Both the position numbers and the translations under genes were made by a program. Below, piece after piece: positions 28,931-37,897 of a DNA stretch of 64,000 nt. How positions within the stretch are numbered: position 1 is the stretch's first letter; every line of letters begins with the position of its first letter. Source of the stretch: Patescibacteria group bacterium (GTDB taxonomy: Bacteria; Patescibacteriota; Minisyncoccia; Phycocordibacterales; UBA918); contig JBCCYW010000004.1 in NCBI GenBank assembly GCA_039188945.1, positions 2,313 through 66,312 of the forward strand, read 5' to 3'. Under the pieces are notes generated by a model. That model did no database searches and was not told the origin of the DNA. It was given only the letters and a program-made list of their open reading frames with translations.

Positions 28931-30100
28931 ATGGCTGAACAAATCATCACTGGTATCGACGTAGGCACCTACCAAGTTAAGGTGGCGATTGTTCGTGTGC
29001 CAAAAAATAAAAAGGATCGGTCCTTGCCGCAGATTATCGGCACTGGTTATGCTGAGAGCCGTGGCTTGCGCAATGGCTATATCATCAACGAATCTGATGT
29101 GCTTCGCAGTGTGCGAAGTGCAGTTTCGCAAGCTGAAAAAGCCGCTGGCGTAACCGTGAAGAAAGCATATATCTCTATTGGCAGTATTGGCGTAGATGAA
29201 ATCCGCTCACGGGGCGAGGTAATCACCTCACGAGCTGATTCTGAAATTACGGCCGTTGATACTGATAAAGCGATGCAAGATAGTGAGGAGCGGATTATGG
29301 ACCAACTACCAAATCGAAAGATTCTGCATGGCATCCCCCTCACCTACTATGTTGATGGTGAGGAGGTACTAGGAAAGCCACATGGCATGAGAGGTACCAA
29401 GCTTGAGGTTGAGTCATTGTTTATTACCACTTTTGAGCAGCACCTCAATGACTTGATTACAGCAATTGAAAGCACTGGTGTCTATGTTGAAGACGTCATG
29501 GCGTCACAGCTAGCTGCCAGCTTTGTCATGCTCACCAAGGCACAAAAGCGTGCCGGTTGTATTCTAGCGAATATTGGCGCTGAAACCGTCTCGATAGTTG
29601 TGTTTGAAGATGGTATTCCAGTTTCTCTCAAGGTGTTCCCCATTGGCTCAAATGACATCACTAACGACATTGCCCTCGGCCTGAAGATTCCGCTCGAAGA
29701 GGCCGAGAAGATTAAGCGTGGCACGATTTCAAGTGCCTCATATTCTAAGAAGAAGCTGGAAGAAATTGTGGCTGCTCGATTGACTGACATCTTCGAACTC
29801 ATAGATGTTCATTTAAAAAATATTAAAAAAGACGGCCTCCTGCCAGCCGGGATTATTTTAACTGGCGGTGGTTCAGGCCTCGCTACTATTCAAGATCTTG
29901 CCAAGGGTGTGCTACATCTACCCTCACGGATTGCAACGCTTGAGATTGGTAAAAATGCCAAAGTAAAAGATTCTTCATGGGCGGTTGCGTACGGACTCTG
30001 TATGTGGGGAGCCAGTGATGAAGAAGAGACCGGCGGTATTGGGATTGTTAAACAAACCAAATCTACACTGCTCGATTGGGTAAGCCAATTCCTCCCTTGA
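28931..30100 (+). CDS. ftsA: Cell division protein FtsA
   Basis: GIDVGT, NIGAETV, ITNDIALGL, GIILTGGGS; upstream of ftsZ. Confidence 0.95.
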   Translation: MAEQIITGIDVGTYQVKVAIVRVPKNKKDRSLPQIIGTGYAESRGLRNGYIINESDVLRSVRSAVSQAEKAAGVTVKKAYISIGSIGVDEIRSRGEVITSRADSEITAVDTDKAMQDSEERIMDQLPNRKILHGIPLTYYVDGEEVLGKPHGMRGTKLEVESLFITTFEQHLNDLITAIESTGVYVEDVMASQLAASFVMLTKAQKRAGCILANIGAETVSIVVFEDGIPVSLKVFPIGSNDITNDIALGLKIPLEEAEKIKRGTISSASYSKKKLEEIVAARLTDIFELIDVHLKNIKKDGLLPAGIILTGGGSGLATIQDLAKGVLHLPSRIATLEIGKNAKVKDSSWAVAYGLCMWGASDEEETGGIGIVKQTKSTLLDWVSQFLP

Positions 30101-30260
30101 CCCTTCCTTGAACACCATCTTTTGAATACTACGTCAATCACACAAAAGTCAGTTTCGTCAATATAGTGACAGACCAAAACCAGGCATGTATGATACCCCT
30201 ACTTACAAGGAATGTACTCAGGGGTGGGTGCAGTAATGCTTGGAGCAAATATTCAAACGT

Positions 30261-31505
30261 ATGGAACAGATCAAAACAGACGTTGAGTCATTTGCGCGAA
30301 TCCGTGTGATTGGTGTTGGTGGCTCTGGCAGTAATGCCGTAAACCACATGGTGTCCTCAAAGGTGAAGGGAGTGGAGTTCATTGCCGTCAATAGCGACGC
30401 GCAGGACTTACACCACTCACTTGCTAAGAAAAAGATTCATATCGGTAAAAACCTCACTCGAGGTCTTGGTGCTGGTGGTAACCCTGACATGGGGCGTCGG
30501 GCTGCCGAAGAGACACGTGAAGAAATCGCGAACGCCATTAAAGGTTCTGACATGATCTTTATCACTGGTGGTATGGGCGGTGGAACCGGAACTGGTGCTG
30601 CACCAGTGGTCGCCAAGATCGCTCGCGAGAGTGGCGCCCTCACCGTTGGGGTAGTGACAAAGCCGTTCCTCTTTGAAGGTCAGGAGCGAATGCGAATGGC
30701 GATGTCTGGTATTGAGGAGCTAAAGAAAGAAGTTGATGCTCTTATTACGATCCCTAACGATCGTCTCCTTGCGATTGTCGACAAAGAAACGACTGTTAAG
30801 AGTGCTTTCGAACAAGCTGACAATGTCCTCAAGCAAGCTGTTGAGGGGATCTCCGACCTTATTACTATGCCAGGTATTATTAACGTCGACTTCGCGGATA
30901 TCCGTAGTGTTATGGAGAATGCCGGTTCAGCTCTCATGGGCGTCGGTATTTCTACCGGTGAGAAGCGTTCAGAAGAAGCGGCTAATGGTGCGATCAACTC
31001 ACCCCTCCTTGAAGTCTCAATCACTGGAGCGAAAGGTGTCCTCTTTGCCATCGCGGGAGGCGACGACCTTGGTATGCTTGAAATTCAAGACGCAGCCCGT
31101 GTGATCACTGAATCAATTGACCCGCAGGCCAAGGTAATCTTCGGTGCGATTCGAGATGAAAAACTTAAGAAGAATGAAGTAAAGGTCACCGTAATCGCGA
31201 CTGGTTTCCCAGAGGAAGCTGGCCTAAACAATACGGTTACCCGACAAGCTCCGGTATCGGAACGGACTGAAGAATCGGAAGCTCCAGAAGAAAAAGCTGA
31301 TACACGTGGTCGTATTTTTAACTCCCTCAGCCCACGCAAAGAAGAGCCAGAGGAAGCGCCAGTAGCGGTAGCAGCCAAAGACGAGCCAGTAGAAAAAGCC
31401 ACGCTACCGAAGCGCGACCCAAAGCCTGTTGATCCGATTGATGAAGAAGACGAGGATGACTGGGGCGCCGTACCGGCATTTTTGCGAAGAAGTAAATTAA
31501 AATAA
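30261..31505 (+). CDS. ftsZ: Cell division protein FtsZ
   Basis: GGGTGTG signature, INVDFAD, C-terminal VPAFLRR. Confidence 0.98.
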   Translation: MEQIKTDVESFARIRVIGVGGSGSNAVNHMVSSKVKGVEFIAVNSDAQDLHHSLAKKKIHIGKNLTRGLGAGGNPDMGRRAAEETREEIANAIKGSDMIFITGGMGGGTGTGAAPVVAKIARESGALTVGVVTKPFLFEGQERMRMAMSGIEELKKEVDALITIPNDRLLAIVDKETTVKSAFEQADNVLKQAVEGISDLITMPGIINVDFADIRSVMENAGSALMGVGISTGEKRSEEAANGAINSPLLEVSITGAKGVLFAIAGGDDLGMLEIQDAARVITESIDPQAKVIFGAIRDEKLKKNEVKVTVIATGFPEEAGLNNTVTRQAPVSERTEESEAPEEKADTRGRIFNSLSPRKEEPEEAPVAVAAKDEPVEKATLPKRDPKPVDPIDEEDEDDWGAVPAFLRRSKLK

Positions 31506-31690
31506 TTTACTTGCAAAAATACCAACGGCGACCCAATCATCGTAGATGAGTGTGGGCTAAAAAGTGCTGGAGCACTTTTTAGGATGGTACGTAACCTGAA
31601 ATAATCCTCTCTTTCATGAGTAACAAACACTGTCCGTTGGGCAGTGTTTGTTGATATACTTCCCTTGTCTTCATATCTTACATTTTATTT

Positions 31691-32614
31691 ATGCTTTACG
31701 ACTTAGTAATAATCGGTGGTGGTCCAGCAGGTATTGCTGCTGGCGTGTATGCATCGAGAAAACAACTCAAAACACTTTTTCTTACCAAAGACTGGGGTGG
31801 GCAAAGTACTGTCTCCCCTGGTATCCAGAATTGGATAGGCACCCCTTCTATTAGCGGAACCGATTTAGCGAAAGAGCTTAAAGAACATCTTGACGCATAC
31901 GCTGGGGATGTGGTCCATATACACGAAAACGCCGAGGTCACACAGATAGAACAACAGCCTGATCACTTTTTGGTGTATCGCAGTGAGGGTGAGGCTGTGA
32001 CTGCAAGAGCTATTCTTGTTACAACTGGCTCTGAGCGTCGACGACTCCAAATCCCGGGCGCTGAGCAGTTTGAGCACAAAGGACTTACCTATTGTGCTAG
32101 CTGTGACGGTCCTTTGTTTGCCGGGCAAGACGTGGCTGTAATTGGAGGCGGCAACGCTGGCTTTGAAACCGCCGCTCAGCTACTGGCCTATACAAAAAGC
32201 GTTACGCTCTTACAACGTAGTGACACCTATAAAGCTGATCCAGCCACTGTCGAGACCGTCCTCGCTCATGAAAATATGACTGGTATTCTGAATGCTGAGA
32301 TTACTGAGATACAGGGGGAAAATTTTGTACACAACATTACCTACAAGGATGCTGTTGGTGGTCTGCAATCACTCGCCGTAACCGGAGTGTTTGCCGAAAT
32401 CGGTCTTATTCCAAACACAGGTTTTTTGGGAGAATTGCTTGAGCTTGATGACTATGGACGCATTATTATTGATCCCTGGACCCAACAAACCTCCGTGCCT
32501 GGTATTTGGGCAGCCGGCGACTGTACTAATATCAAATACCACCAAAACAATATTTCTGCCGGTGATGGCGTGCGAGCACTCGAAGATATCTACGTCAATC
32601 TCAAAGCGAAGTAA
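31691..32614 (+). CDS. trxB: Thioredoxin reductase-like FAD oxidoreductase
   Basis: IIGGGPAG, YCASCDG, VIGGGNAG, AAGD; terminator ~32638-32667. Confidence 0.9.
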   Translation: MLYDLVIIGGGPAGIAAGVYASRKQLKTLFLTKDWGGQSTVSPGIQNWIGTPSISGTDLAKELKEHLDAYAGDVVHIHENAEVTQIEQQPDHFLVYRSEGEAVTARAILVTTGSERRRLQIPGAEQFEHKGLTYCASCDGPLFAGQDVAVIGGGNAGFETAAQLLAYTKSVTLLQRSDTYKADPATVETVLAHENMTGILNAEITEIQGENFVHNITYKDAVGGLQSLAVTGVFAEIGLIPNTGFLGELLELDDYGRIIIDPWTQQTSVPGIWAAGDCTNIKYHQNNISAGDGVRALEDIYVNLKAK

Positions 32615-32817
32615 CAGCCATCTTCTTATCTCTCAATGACAAAAGCGCCCTTGCGGGCGCTTTTGTCTGTACAACGTAGAGCTTCGGTATACGTCCTTAT
32701 ATCTCTTAGCCGAGAGATATAGTATGGAGAAAGCCACCACAACGCATACCTGTAGTAAGGATCTCACGCCCAGATAAAGTGTCAAGATCATACTAAAACC
32801 CTTATTTCTAGTCGTTT

Positions 32818-32888
32818 CTGTGGAAAACTGGTGGATAAGTAGTGTATAGACCTGTAGAAAACTGCGTGTAAAACCCTGCTGATAAGTC
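32818..32888. promoter_or_regulatory. Phased array of DnaA-box-like 9-mers
   Basis: TGTGGAAAA, GGTGGATAA, AGTGTATAG, TGTAGAAAA, CGTGTAAAA, TGCTGATAA at 11-12 bp spacing. Confidence 0.55.
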
Positions 32889-33033
32889 CGTTGACATATA
32901 TTGCTCAAAAAGATGTACTTAATTGATAGAAGTTTGACAGTTCGTCAAACCGGTGACGGACGTCATCAGCAATCGGCACCCCCCGCTCGTGCCACCGGAG
33001 CTTATAAGTAACTGCGCCCTTGGCGCTGTGTGT

Positions 33034-33414
33034 ATGGAAAAGTTTTATACCCTTTTCTGTGCAACCGATGAGCTTCATACCAGCCCGGCGATTCAAATGT
33101 ATAGTCGCCTTCACGATATCACCCTCTCACTTGGCGAGGAGCAGGTTATGTCATTCCTACTCCCCTCATACATTCACTCGTATCAACACGATGAGGTGTG
33201 TGTGTTATACGACCCCGATATGGTTGACCTCAACTCGGCAACCGTAACTGAGCAACGTCGTGGCAGCCGTGTGTTTACCAATATATCAATTAGCCTTACT
33301 CCTCGTGACATCGGTAGTAGCACCCTTGGGTTTGTGAGTCCTGAGAGTGCTGAGATTTATAGCCTCTTAGCCAGCTATGAACCAAGATTTATTAGTACTA
33401 AGAACATCCTATAA
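33034..33414 (+). CDS. Hypothetical protein
   Basis: ORF fills gap; start set at MEKFY. Confidence 0.55.
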   Translation: MEKFYTLFCATDELHTSPAIQMYSRLHDITLSLGEEQVMSFLLPSYIHSYQHDEVCVLYDPDMVDLNSATVTEQRRGSRVFTNISISLTPRDIGSSTLGFVSPESAEIYSLLASYEPRFISTKNIL

Positions 33415-34125
33415 TGCGAAAAACGTTCCAACAAAATAGGCCAAAAGAGCGGCGGTACCGCCGACGGCAACTACTTCAAAGAGCGATGGTAAAATTTTGG
33501 TCCCAACCGCGCGCCACTTCAATAGGCCGAGTAAAATAAGCGCGGTAGCGGTGCCAAGGGAAGAATACAAGAAAGCAGCTCCAGCGTCTCCTTCATTCTG
33601 AAGCATGAAGGGTAGTAGTGGAATTGCTCCAAACACCATAAATGAGACGAAAGTAGCGAGCCCAGTGAAGATTTCATTTTCCCCTCGAGGGTCTGGCATT
33701 TCACGCTGGTGTTGCATCATAAAATCAACCCAGTAGTCTTCGTTGTGTCGATAGATGTTTGCTAGCGTTCTCGCATCGGCCTCTGAGAAACCTTGGTTTA
33801 TGATAACTGTCACAGTTTCTTCGATCTGCTGTTCAGGATCAGTCTCTGCTTGTAGGCGTTCTTTGTTTCGATATGAAGTATACAAATCTTTCTCAGACCG
33901 AACCGAAAGAAAATTCCCTAGACCCATCGAAGCCGCGTCAGCAAATAAGTTTGCTAATCCAAACAAAAGCACCACCATAAATGAGAGTTGGGTGGTGGCT
34001 TCGTTACTCAACGCCGCTCCAGCAAACCCGGCCACTACCGCAAAGGTAGTAATAATGCCGTCAATCCCACCGTAAATAATTTCTTTAAAATGGTCGGCCA
34101 GGGCTGAGGGTTTTTCTTTTTCCAT
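33409..34125 (-). CDS. VIT1/CCC1 Fe/Mn transporter family
   Basis: IIYGGIDGIITTFAVVAG, GLANLFADA.SMG.GNFLS. Confidence 0.92.
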   Translation of the reverse strand: MEKEKPSALADHFKEIIYGGIDGIITTFAVVAGFAGAALSNEATTQLSFMVVLLFGLANLFADAASMGLGNFLSVRSEKDLYTSYRNKERLQAETDPEQQIEETVTVIINQGFSEADARTLANIYRHNEDYWVDFMMQHQREMPDPRGENEIFTGLATFVSFMVFGAIPLLPFMLQNEGDAGAAFLYSSLGTATALILLGLLKWRAVGTKILPSLFEVVAVGGTAALLAYFVGTFFAL

Positions 34126-34187
34126 GGGTTTGAGTGTAGCATGGTAACCAGAGTGTAGGTGAAAAAAATTTGCTAGGATGTCTATTA

Positions 34188-34796
34188 ATGCAAAATACTT
34201 ACTCGCTTTGTTACTCAGATGTAGCACCTGATGTATGGGCTGCGTTAGCAAAGATCGAAAGGACAGGTTGGGTAATGAGGGGAATATCAGATCCTGAGAC
34301 CGTCCAGGAACACACCCTCGCTCTCATAAGACTAGCTGAAGAAATACACACTATTGGAGAGTATAAAGCGAATGGATTGTTTCAGATTTTGGAGGTTCAC
34401 GACTGGCCAGAGGCGATTGTTGGCGATGAAGTAATAATCGAATACGACGAAGAAAAAAGAAGACGACTAAAGGTGTTGAAGAACCGGAAAGAAGTTGAAG
34501 CGATGAAAGAAATTACTAGACCACTTGGAGAAGTTGGTAAAGAAATAAACGCACTGTGGCTAAGGTATGAAAATAGTAGTGATGAAACTGCTCAATTTGC
34601 AAAAGAACTTGATAAATATCAAGCAGTCGAACAGGCTCTTACTTATGAAATAGAACAAAATAAAAATGGCATTTATTACGAATTTTTAGACTATCTCCAG
34701 AACTCAATAACTAGCGAAGTATTGAAAGAAAAACTATATTTACTTGAGCAAAAAGCACATGATCACGGGATTGAGAGAAAATGCGTTGAAAAATAA
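34188..34796 (+). CDS. HD-domain phosphohydrolase (HDDC2/YfbR-like)
   Basis: RTGWV, ETV.EH, VHDWPEAIVGD, LDKYQ. Confidence 0.85.
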   Translation: MQNTYSLCYSDVAPDVWAALAKIERTGWVMRGISDPETVQEHTLALIRLAEEIHTIGEYKANGLFQILEVHDWPEAIVGDEVIIEYDEEKRRRLKVLKNRKEVEAMKEITRPLGEVGKEINALWLRYENSSDETAQFAKELDKYQAVEQALTYEIEQNKNGIYYEFLDYLQNSITSEVLKEKLYLLEQKAHDHGIERKCVEK

Positions 34797-34806
34797 GCTT
34801 CAAAAT

Positions 34807-35046
34807 TGGTGGACCCACGGGGATCGGTCAGGAGTCGGTTATTTTCTGTGGTCACGAGTTACTAACCATAATCTTTACTTCGCAAAGATTCAGCTAAGTA
34901 CTCTCGACCCCGGCTCACTCCTTTTCTGCTCAAAGTAGGGAGCAGAAAAGATCGCTCCGCCTATCACTGAAACACGTGAGTGAAATTATTCACTCACTAA
35001 AGTAAAGACCACTGGATAGTATCCAGTGGTCTTTACTTTATCTCAG
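34807..35046 (-). mobile_element. Structured insert ending in a divergent tRNA-Glu-like 3' end with CCA
   Basis: Minus strand ...AGGCGGAGCGAT...GAGCCGGGGTCGAGAG...CTCGTGACC...CGATCCCCGTGGGTCCACCA; homologous to the tRNA-Phe insert. Confidence 0.6.
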
Positions 35047-35118
35047 TGATCCCACGGGGAATCGAACCCCGATTTCCAGGATGAAAACCTGGCGTCCTAA
35101 CCATTAGACGATGGGACC
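35047..35118 (-). tRNA. tRNA-Glu(TTC)
   Basis: GGTCCCATCGTCTAATGGTTAGGAC; arm CCAGG-TTTTCAT-CCTGG. Confidence 0.95.
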
Positions 35119-35389
35119 GGACAAAATCTACGATTTAGTTCGGTGCCATCGTCGTAGGCGATGGGTGAGAAAGCCTGGGAGGCTTTCGCAAGACCTTGCC
35201 TAGTATTTCATGACGCTAGGAAATGAAATGCTGACAAGGTATACAGCCCCTGTAAGGGGCGGACTGGCTTAAAATAAAAAGCTCGGTCCCCGAACGTGGC
35301 CAAAATCATACCAAAAAAATATAAAAAAGCTAGAGTTTTAATAGCAAAAGGCCGGCGATCTCTGATCGCCGGCCTTTTGCACAGATTCC

Positions 35390-36208
35390 CTACCGATACT
35401 TTCTCATAAACTGTGGCGTCAAAATGTCATCACGAACATTTGAGGCGAACAGAATAATTACGCCAACCAGGAAGGCTAGTTCTCGCTTGGTGCTATCGAA
35501 GGCTTTAAAGACAGAATCTTTCGCCAGCATGGTGTCACCAATCGCAAACACCAGAAACAGCACCGACAATCCGGCGACATATTTCACTTGCACGTTAGCC
35601 ATCAGCATTACCCCCAGTACAAACACAATCGCCAGTGGCACTGAGCTATTGAGCGGGTTACTCATCACCCCAGTTGAGAAGAGGGCTGAAACCACGAAGG
35701 TGAAGCCAATTCCAAACCGAAGGGCAAAAGAAAGAATTTCTTCTCTTCCCTCTCTGGTGAGGTGTCGAAAGTAGCGATCAATACTGTACTTGCCAGGACC
35801 GTAGTACGCCAAGCCAAAGCTCATCGCCATCAGTGTTAAGTCGCGACTTAAGCGGATCTCCCCCACCACAGGGTTTGCCGCCACAAACGCCCAATACAAG
35901 AGACCCATTGAGACAGCGGTGATGGTAGTGAAGAACCCAAGGATAAGGAGTGTTCCAAGGAGCATTTCAAGCAAGCCCTGCAAGAACAGGTATGTACTTA
36001 CCTCGATCCCAAGCGTCGCATTAATCCACTCCACAAAATATGGAGCGATCCAACCATTATCGGGGTTGGCATAGGAAACCGCGAGTGCAGCTGGGTCGGC
36101 TGGAAAAGCGATCTTATAACCAGAAATAAAGAAGACAAATCCCAGTACGAGCCGCAGGGCTAGTTTTTGATAATCTGGGTTTTGTAGATAAGAAATGAGT
36201 TGTTGCAT
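35390..36208 (-). CDS. DoxX-family membrane protein (tandem DoxX-like)
   Basis: LRLVLGFVFFISG..K, E.LLG.LL.LG, RDL, GPGKYSID; second LRFGIG repeat. Confidence 0.8.
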   Translation of the reverse strand: MQQLISYLQNPDYQKLALRLVLGFVFFISGYKIAFPADPAALAVSYANPDNGWIAPYFVEWINATLGIEVSTYLFLQGLLEMLLGTLLILGFFTTITAVSMGLLYWAFVAANPVVGEIRLSRDLTLMAMSFGLAYYGPGKYSIDRYFRHLTREGREEILSFALRFGIGFTFVVSALFSTGVMSNPLNSSVPLAIVFVLGVMLMANVQVKYVAGLSVLFLVFAIGDTMLAKDSVFKAFDSTKRELAFLVGVIILFASNVRDDILTPQFMRKYR

Positions 36209-36245
36209 ACATCAACAAAGTTACTCTAGTAAACTTCGAGATGTA

Positions 36246-36614
36246 CTACGAGAGATGCGATCGTGCGAGCTTCACTGGCCAATCTAAATCTGGTGGCGGC
36301 GCGTGTATGTCTGGCGGAACAAAAGTTTGCCGATCAATCGAACCGGCTTCCTTGATCACCACCTCAGCCACTCGTGGCAAAACTGCGACTTGCAGAACTC
36401 TTGTCTGAACATCGCCTGCTACCAATCCTAGATTATCGATCTCCGCCTTAAGATGACAATTACAAAATTCATCTTCACCAACCTCCGCTTCTGCCACCGC
36501 TGGGACACTTGGTTCTTCAGCAAGAACATCAACACCACAGCTGCTGGTGACAACTGCCGCTAGAAGCAATAAGGAGAATGTGGCTATTGAAAATTGCTTA
36601 AGCAACGACGTCAT
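36246..36614 (-). CDS. Secreted-type leader ORF with CxCH and HAPP motifs
   Basis: MTSLLKQFSIATFSLLLLAAVV signal; FCNCH; DIHAPPP near C terminus; 37 nt upstream of DoxX. Confidence 0.6.
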   Translation of the reverse strand: MTSLLKQFSIATFSLLLLAAVVTSSCGVDVLAEEPSVPAVAEAEVGEDEFCNCHLKAEIDNLGLVAGDVQTRVLQVAVLPRVAEVVIKEAGSIDRQTFVPPDIHAPPPDLDWPVKLARSHLS

Positions 36615-36681
36615 AAATCTAGATAACTGTATCAAAATACTGATGAGCGGCAAGGGTGATAATTTTGCTATACTCAGGCAC

Positions 36682-37107
36682 ATGAAAACACACGCAGCTT
36701 TTGTACTAAAAGACGAAGACGGAAACTTATTATTTGTTAAACGATCAGAGAGTAAATCAACCCTCCCCGGCGCCTGGTCATTCCCTTCTGGAACAAAGGA
36801 GGAAGAAGAAACTATCGAAGAAACTGCCGTGAGAGAAGCTAAAGAGGAGCTAGACCTAACGGTTACCTTTGAACATATTGCTGGTAAAACCGATCTTGAG
36901 AGTTTTGGCGTTGAGCTGCACTTTGTCGTCTGCTCTGTTTCGAATGAAGAAAAAGAGACATTAACCATTATGGATTATGAAGAAATTGCTGATGTGCAGT
37001 GGATGAAACTCGAGGAATTTTTCAGGACATACCAAGACGACACCATTGGCCACGGCCTGGTATGGCTGCGAACTCACCCGGAAATTGCTAGTAAACTCAC
37101 CTCATAA
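36682..37107 (+). CDS. Nudix hydrolase
   Basis: WSFPSG...EET.EETAVREAKEEL. Confidence 0.9.
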   Translation: MKTHAAFVLKDEDGNLLFVKRSESKSTLPGAWSFPSGTKEEEETIEETAVREAKEELDLTVTFEHIAGKTDLESFGVELHFVVCSVSNEEKETLTIMDYEEIADVQWMKLEEFFRTYQDDTIGHGLVWLRTHPEIASKLTS

Positions 37108-37562
37108 TGGAATACCTACACACCATGGTCCGGATTACGGACATCGAAGCGTCGCTCGACTTTTACGTTACCAAGTTAGGAATGGTTGAAACGAATCGAA
37201 TTGAAAATGAAGCCGGGAGATTTACCCTCATCTTTTTGGCCGCACCAGAGCAGGCCGCCTCGGCCAAGGAGACCAAAACTCCCCTCCTCGAGCTTACCTA
37301 CAACTGGCCAGACGAAAATGGTGAAACCGAATCGTATACTTCAGGACGCAACTTTGGTCACCTAGCTTTTCGAGTAAACAATATCTACGAAACCTGTCAG
37401 AAACTACAAGATGCTGGTGTAATCATCAACCGACCACCTCGTGATGGTTACATGGCTTTCATTAAATCACCCGACAACATTTCAATTGAACTCTTACAGG
37501 CTGGCGAGAAGCTGCCGCCCCAAGAACCATGGGCAAGCATGGAAAATATTGGTAGCTGGTAA
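37107..37562 (+). CDS. gloA: Lactoylglutathione lyase (glyoxalase I)
   Basis: LHTMVRI, LELTYNW, FGHLAF, RPPRDG.MAF. Confidence 0.9.
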   Translation: MEYLHTMVRITDIEASLDFYVTKLGMVETNRIENEAGRFTLIFLAAPEQAASAKETKTPLLELTYNWPDENGETESYTSGRNFGHLAFRVNNIYETCQKLQDAGVIINRPPRDGYMAFIKSPDNISIELLQAGEKLPPQEPWASMENIGSW

Positions 37563-37597
37563 AAGCGAGAGGCGCGGATGTGCCCCGCGCCTTTGTC

Positions 37598-37867
37598 TTA
37601 ATCCATAATTTCCCACCATGGTCCTACTCTATCAATCCCAGCTCGACCGCGTAATTTCTTTCGATCGCTATCTGAGTCACAGTGAGCATCCTCAATAAAC
37701 GTTAGAGCAGTTATCACTAAAAGTTTTGCTCGTTGAGGATTTTTGGATTTTGATACTCTATGGAGTCGAGCCACCCAATCCATATACTGTCCAAAGAGTA
37801 CTTCTTTGGTTTGCCGACGATATCGATAGAGTATTGGGTGTACAGACTTTATGTCATAACCATACAT
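37598..37867 (-). CDS. Hypothetical protein
   Basis: AGGAGG SD before ATG. Confidence 0.55.
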   Translation of the reverse strand: MYGYDIKSVHPILYRYRRQTKEVLFGQYMDWVARLHRVSKSKNPQRAKLLVITALTFIEDAHCDSDSDRKKLRGRAGIDRVGPWWEIMD

Positions 37868-37897
37868 CTACTTCCTCCTTATTAAACTCAATCGACT

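Noticed and set aside
34807-34830. tmRNA 3' end (TCCACCA)
   Set aside because: No GGGG 5' acceptor with G3-U and no tag ORF were found; the sequence matches the tRNA-Glu 3' end better.
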